A DNA stretch of 22,334 nucleotides from Candidatus Fermentibacteraceae bacterium. Lineage in GTDB: Bacteria > Fermentibacterota > Fermentibacteria > Fermentibacterales > JCC-6. How positions within the stretch are numbered: the stretch's first letter is position 1; each line of letters begins with the position of its first letter. Shown piece by piece: positions 18,824-22,334 of the stretch. The position numbers and the translations under genes were made by a program. The notes beneath the pieces were generated by a model, which saw only the letters and a program-made list of their open reading frames with translations, did no database searches and was not told the DNA's origin. The stretch spans positions 41,396 through 63,729 of the forward strand of contig JAWLEP010000010.1 in assembly GCA_041686025.1 (NCBI GenBank). Direction: 5' to 3'.

Positions 18824-18881
18824 CAGATCTCCAATGCAGTTGGGTTTGAATCCGGGGCTCTGCGGGCTGCAGGGGAGCGGG

Positions 18882-19715
18882 TCAGAGCTCCCCCACCTCC
18901 ACCTGTGTGACGAGGGGTATGGTCCTGCCCAGGAAGCGCTGGGCTATCTCCTGGAACTTCAGGGGAATGTCGCTGACGTAGAAGCCCCCTTCGACGCCGG
19001 GGCTGTCCGCCAGGAGGCCGCGGTCGGCCAGGCGGTCTCTCACCTCGCAGGCAGTGGCCTCGGCGGAGTCCACCAGAGTGACCTCCGGCCCCATCACCTC
19101 GCCCAGGACGGGCTTCAGAAGCGGGTAATGGGTGCAGCCCAGCACCAGCGTGTCCACGCCTTCCCGCAGAAGCGGCGCGGCGTATCGCTGCACCACCATC
19201 CGCGTGATCTCCCCGTCCAGCCATCCCTCCTCCACCAGGGGCACCAGCAGCGGGCACGGCTGGGCAACCACCATGCCTGCGCCGGAGCCGGCGGCCCTAA
19301 GAGCCTTCTGGTAGGCCCCGCTTCCTATGGTCCCCAGGGTGCCGATGACCCCCACCGATCCGTTGCGGGTGGCCGCCGCCGCCGCTCTGGCCCCGGGCTC
19401 TATGACCCCGGTGACCGGTACGCTGAACCTCTCGCGCAGAGCGGGCAGGCTCACCGAGGAGGCGGTATTGCATGCCACCACTATCATCTTGACCCTCTTG
19501 GAGGCCAGGAACGCCGCGTCCTCCAGCGCGAACCTTATCACGGTCTCCGGCGACTTGGAGCCGTAGGGCACCCGGGCGGTATCGCCGAAGTAGAGGACCC
19601 TCTCCTCCGGCAGGAGCCTCTCGATGGACCTCACCACCGTCAGTCCTCCCACCCCGGAATCGAACACGCCGATGGGGCTCTCCCTGCCCGGAAGCGCCCC
19701 GGAGCTAGCGGACAC
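18882..19715 (-). CDS. murI: Glutamate racemase
   Basis: PIGVFDSGVGGLTV, DTARVPYG, and VACNTAS and LGCTHYP carrying the catalytic Cys residues. Confidence 0.97.
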   Translation of the reverse strand: MSASSGALPGRESPIGVFDSGVGGLTVVRSIERLLPEERVLYFGDTARVPYGSKSPETVIRFALEDAAFLASKRVKMIVVACNTASSVSLPALRERFSVPVTGVIEPGARAAAAATRNGSVGVIGTLGTIGSGAYQKALRAAGSGAGMVVAQPCPLLVPLVEEGWLDGEITRMVVQRYAAPLLREGVDTLVLGCTHYPLLKPVLGEVMGPEVTLVDSAEATACEVRDRLADRGLLADSPGVEGGFYVSDIPLKFQEIAQRFLGRTIPLVTQVEVGEL

Positions 19716-20310
19716 CGTCGGCTACCCCCCTCATTCGCAGGCCGGAGGGATAGCGGTCCCATTGGACTCCGCCAACGATGGGGAACAGCCTGGTGAAGCA
19801 GACGAAACGCCCCTCCAGGGTCCTGGCCAGGCCCGCCACGTCCATCCTCTGCGGCAGGTCGACGAAAACGCTGTCATGGCGGCTGAATGCGTAAACCCGG
19901 TCCAGCTCCTCCCCCTCCAGGCCGGCGTGGGTGGCCCAGGCCTCCACAACAAGCTGCAGCTCCAGGGGAATCTGGCTCCTGGAGGTAGCCTCCGGAAGGG
20001 TGTCCATCACCGGGGCGGCAGCGGAGTCCACGTATATCGAGCAGGGCGTGGACTCCCAGGTCTGCTCGGCCAGCAGCTCCTCCTGCGAGGGCAGGGAGTC
20101 CTGGGGAAACACCTGGACCTCGATGCTGTCGGCATCCAGAACCGAGTCCCCGCCTGCATGAAGGTCCAGGTCCTCCGTGCGGCCCGAGGGCTCCACACCC
20201 AGCTTGCGATTCACGTAAGCCATTGCGGCCCAGCTGGCGATGGCAACAAGTGCGATGATGACCACCACCACGGCCAGCTCCAGGAGCAGCCTTCTGATGT
20301 CTTCTCTCAA
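19705..20310 (-). CDS. Membrane-anchored hypothetical protein (position suggests a divergent GerMN-like protein)
   Basis: TTG start overlapping the amidase stop, single N-terminal TM, acidic soluble domain. Lies between the amidase and murI. Confidence 0.6.
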   Translation of the reverse strand: MREDIRRLLLELAVVVVIIALVAIASWAAMAYVNRKLGVEPSGRTEDLDLHAGGDSVLDADSIEVQVFPQDSLPSQEELLAEQTWESTPCSIYVDSAAAPVMDTLPEATSRSQIPLELQLVVEAWATHAGLEGEELDRVYAFSRHDSVFVDLPQRMDVAGLARTLEGRFVCFTRLFPIVGGVQWDRYPSGLRMRGVADGVR

Positions 20311-21500
20311 TTCCCCGCCCCCTGTGCTGCCAGATCGGTACTGGAGAAATCCATGATGGCTGCTACAATAGCCTCCGCGGACCGGTAACGGAAGTCCAGC
20401 TCCTGCAGGAGCCGCTCCTCCTCCCGGTTGGATATGAAGGCCAGCTCCACCAGCACCGACGGCATGAAGGCCCCCCTGAGAACGTAGAATCCCGCCTGCT
20501 TGACCCCCCGGTCAGGCTGGCTCGCCCCGATTGCCGCCAGCCTCCTCTGGATCGTGCCCGCCAGCTCGCTGCTGTTGTTCAGGTAGAGCCTCTGGGCGAT
20601 ATCCGCCAGGAGAAAGGAAAGCGGGTCGTCGACGGATGGCGGCCGCTCCTCGTCGTAGCGGGCAGCCTGGTTCTCCAGGGCGGCGACCGCCCGGGCGTCG
20701 TCGGTCCTTGCCCGGGACAGGAAGTAGGTTTCGAACCCCCGGGCCGAGCGGTTGGTGGAGGCGTTGCAGTGTATGCTGATGAAGAGGTCTGCCCTCTCCC
20801 TGTTGGCGATCCTGGTTCGCTCACCAAGGGACACGTAGCTGTCATCCTCCCGGGTCATGACTACCCTGAGGTTGGGACATCTGATCTTCAGAAGGTCCCT
20901 TACCAGCAGCGCCACCTCCAGTGTGCGGTCCTTCTCGTAGGATCCGGAGAAGCCCACGGCCCCGGGGTCGCGGCCGCCGTGGCCCGGGTCCAGCACTACG
21001 CAGTCGAAGTCCTCCAGCCAGGGCGAGGGCTCGCCGCTCTGCAGCGACTCGTAGACCAGGGAGTCCGAGTAGGCCACCGCTGCCGAATCGTCGCCTTCGG
21101 CAGGATGCGGAGGGCCCTCCCAGGCCAGGTCCGGCAGCTCCACCCGATTCCTGGCCCGCATGAACACCAGCATAACCGTGCTGTCCGGCGAGATGGCGTA
21201 ATCCAGCGAGGCCATGCTGCTGTCCATCTCCACCCGCAGGACGGTGGAGTCCTCCGTCAGGGTAATGGGCCCGGTCCAGAAGGTGGAATCGAAGGCGGGA
21301 GCCTCCATGGGGAGCGAAGTCCTCAGCCGCATGCTGTACCCCTCCACCCGGACCCGGGGCGAGAGGGTCAGGCTGTCGCTGCGGAGCTCCAGAAGCAGGC
21401 CATCCATCCGGGGCAGGACGCGGAGCGACAACGGGGCGCCCAGGGCGACGCCCGACACGGCCATCAGTGCGACAAGGACTCTAGCCCTGGCGCTGCTCAT
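20307..21500 (-). CDS. N-acetylmuramoyl-L-alanine amidase (Amidase_3) with signal peptide
   Basis: VVLDPGHGGRDPGA, EKD, FISIHCNAS and PSVLVELAFISN. N-terminal signal peptide. Confidence 0.93.
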   Translation of the reverse strand: MSSARARVLVALMAVSGVALGAPLSLRVLPRMDGLLLELRSDSLTLSPRVRVEGYSMRLRTSLPMEAPAFDSTFWTGPITLTEDSTVLRVEMDSSMASLDYAISPDSTVMLVFMRARNRVELPDLAWEGPPHPAEGDDSAAVAYSDSLVYESLQSGEPSPWLEDFDCVVLDPGHGGRDPGAVGFSGSYEKDRTLEVALLVRDLLKIRCPNLRVVMTREDDSYVSLGERTRIANRERADLFISIHCNASTNRSARGFETYFLSRARTDDARAVAALENQAARYDEERPPSVDDPLSFLLADIAQRLYLNNSSELAGTIQRRLAAIGASQPDRGVKQAGFYVLRGAFMPSVLVELAFISNREEERLLQELDFRYRSAEAIVAAIMDFSSTDLAAQGAGN

Positions 21501-21942
21501 GCTTCATGGCCGCCCTGATGCGGCGGTTCTGCTCCCGCCTGGCGATGTCGCGTCTCTTGTCGTACTGTCTCTTGCCGCGGCAGATGCCCAGCTCCACCTT
21601 CGCCCGGCCCCTTCTGAGGTGGACGTCCAGGGGGATGAGGGTATAGCCCTTCTCCTGCACCCTCCGGCGCATCCTGCGCAGCTCTGCCCCGTGGGCCAGC
21701 AGCTTGCGCTTCCGGTCGGGGACGTGGTTGTCCCTGGCCATGTCGTACTCGGCGATGTGGGAGTCGTGCAGCCACAGCTCCCCGTCCTCGTCGAAGTCCG
21801 CGTAGGCTCCCTTCAGGCTCACCCTACCGTCGCGCACCGACTTTATCTCCGAGCCCACCAGGACTATTCCCACCTCCAGGGAGTCCAGTATGTGGTAGTC
21901 GTGCCTGGCCTTTCTGTTCCGTGCGATGACCTTCGTTGCCAT
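21481..21942 (-). CDS. smpB: SsrA-binding protein (153 aa)
   Basis: NRKARHDY, GIVLVGSEIKSVR, RKRKLLAH and GKRQYDKR. GGAGGT RBS before ATG 21942. Confidence 0.97.
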   Translation of the reverse strand: MATKVIARNRKARHDYHILDSLEVGIVLVGSEIKSVRDGRVSLKGAYADFDEDGELWLHDSHIAEYDMARDNHVPDRKRKLLAHGAELRRMRRRVQEKGYTLIPLDVHLRRGRAKVELGICRGKRQYDKRRDIARREQNRRIRAAMKHEQRQG

Positions 21943-22006
21943 ATACCTCCGTTCAGGTGAGGAATATACCTGTCTCGACGCCCCACCCAAATCGCAGCCC
22001 GGGGTA

Positions 22007-22035
22007 TTGACGATCGTCGGCCGGCTTTCTAGTAT
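22007..22035 (+). promoter_or_regulatory. Sigma70 promoter of tRNA-Leu
   Basis: TTGACG, 17-nt spacer, TAGTAT, then a GC-rich discriminator just upstream of the tRNA. Confidence 0.7.
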
Positions 22036-22046
22036 CGCCGGGCAAC

Positions 22047-22134
22047 GCCGAAGTGGCGGAACTGGCAGACGCGCTGCGTTCAGGGCGCAGTGAGGCTAGT
22101 CCTCGTGGGGGTTCGAATCCCCCCTTCGGTACCA
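22047..22134 (+). tRNA. tRNA-Leu (anticodon CAG)
   Basis: Acceptor stem GCCGAAG/CTTCGGT plus ACCA, anticodon arm CTGCG-TTCAGGG-CGCAG, long variable arm, T arm GGGGG-TTCGAAT-CCCCC. Confidence 0.97.
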
Positions 22135-22136
22135 CG

Positions 22137-22239
22137 GCTCAAATGGGTGGGGCTGGCGCTCCACCCATTTGAGCGAGGCAGTTCGCTGTCGCGAACTGCA
22201 CCGTAGTTCATCTCTATGGCGCTCCACCCATTTGGGCCG
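22137..22239. repeat. Palindromic/direct repeat cluster (two hairpins plus a duplicated arm)
   Basis: 17-bp stem at 22137-22174 (one G-U), 9-bp stem at 22178-22199, and TGGCGCTCCACCCATTTG repeated at 22154-22171 and 22217-22234. Confidence 0.8.
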
Positions 22240-22242
22240 GTA

Positions 22243-22334
22243 TCAGGGCGCCAGCGCCCTCTCTATCTCGGACTTGTCCAGATCTGCCAGAGGCGGGTTG
22301 TTCCTGTCCCGCTGCGAGAGGATGGGGTGGTCTA
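22243..22334 (-). CDS. 3' end of a gene, probably dTDP-4-dehydrorhamnose 3,5-epimerase (RmlC/RfbC), partial
   Basis: Minus strand reads ...DHPILSQRDRNNPPLADLDKSEIERALAP*, matching the RmlC C-terminal P-x-LS-x-(K/R)D-xxx-P-x-L pattern. Only 29 aa are visible. Confidence 0.55.
   Translation of the reverse strand, partial: DHPILSQRDRNNPPLADLDKSEIERALAP

Noticed and set aside
21953..22135. 60-aa ORF MVPKGGFEPPRG...
   Set aside because: Antisense translation of the tRNA gene.
22137..22239. CRISPR array
   Set aside because: Only two 18-nt direct copies, no regular spacers and no cas genes.
22245..22334. Additional hairpins (AGGGCGC/GCGCCCT, GCGGG/CCCGC) as part of an ncRNA or tmRNA next to smpB
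   Set aside because: They lie within the probable rmlC 3' coding end, and no tmRNA-like termini are visible.
22047..22334. Integrated element at tRNA-Leu
   Set aside because: No integrase or duplicated tRNA 3' end is visible in the window.

Overview
GC-rich bacterial chromosomal window. The right half (about 13-22.3 kb) is housekeeping: tex, a stand-alone fusA, a minus-strand smpB-amidase-membrane protein-murI-rph-rdgB operon, tRNA-Leu(CAG) and the 3' end of a probable rmlC. The middle holds an ABC-2 transporter module with a His-rich lipoprotein and a TPR-like protein, plus GNAT, PAS-PAS-GGDEF and cNMP-binding genes. The left part (0.7-7.4 kb) is the most interesting: two convergent operons that look like one uncharacterised activated-sulfate system. 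The plus strand carries two paralogous Ser-nucleophile alkaline-phosphatase-superfamily (NPP-like) enzymes, one membrane-anchored via signal + YIGPG + TM with a probably cytoplasmic domain and one Tat-exported. These are followed by a DUF106/EMC3-like membrane protein and a small ribbon-helix-helix protein. The minus strand carries sulfate adenylyltransferase and a P-loop-less APS-kinase-like pseudoenzyme. The RHH protein and the pseudo-kinase both end in the same EEEIRKK(M/L)xxLGY tail. All calls come from reading motifs by eye; no searches were run.
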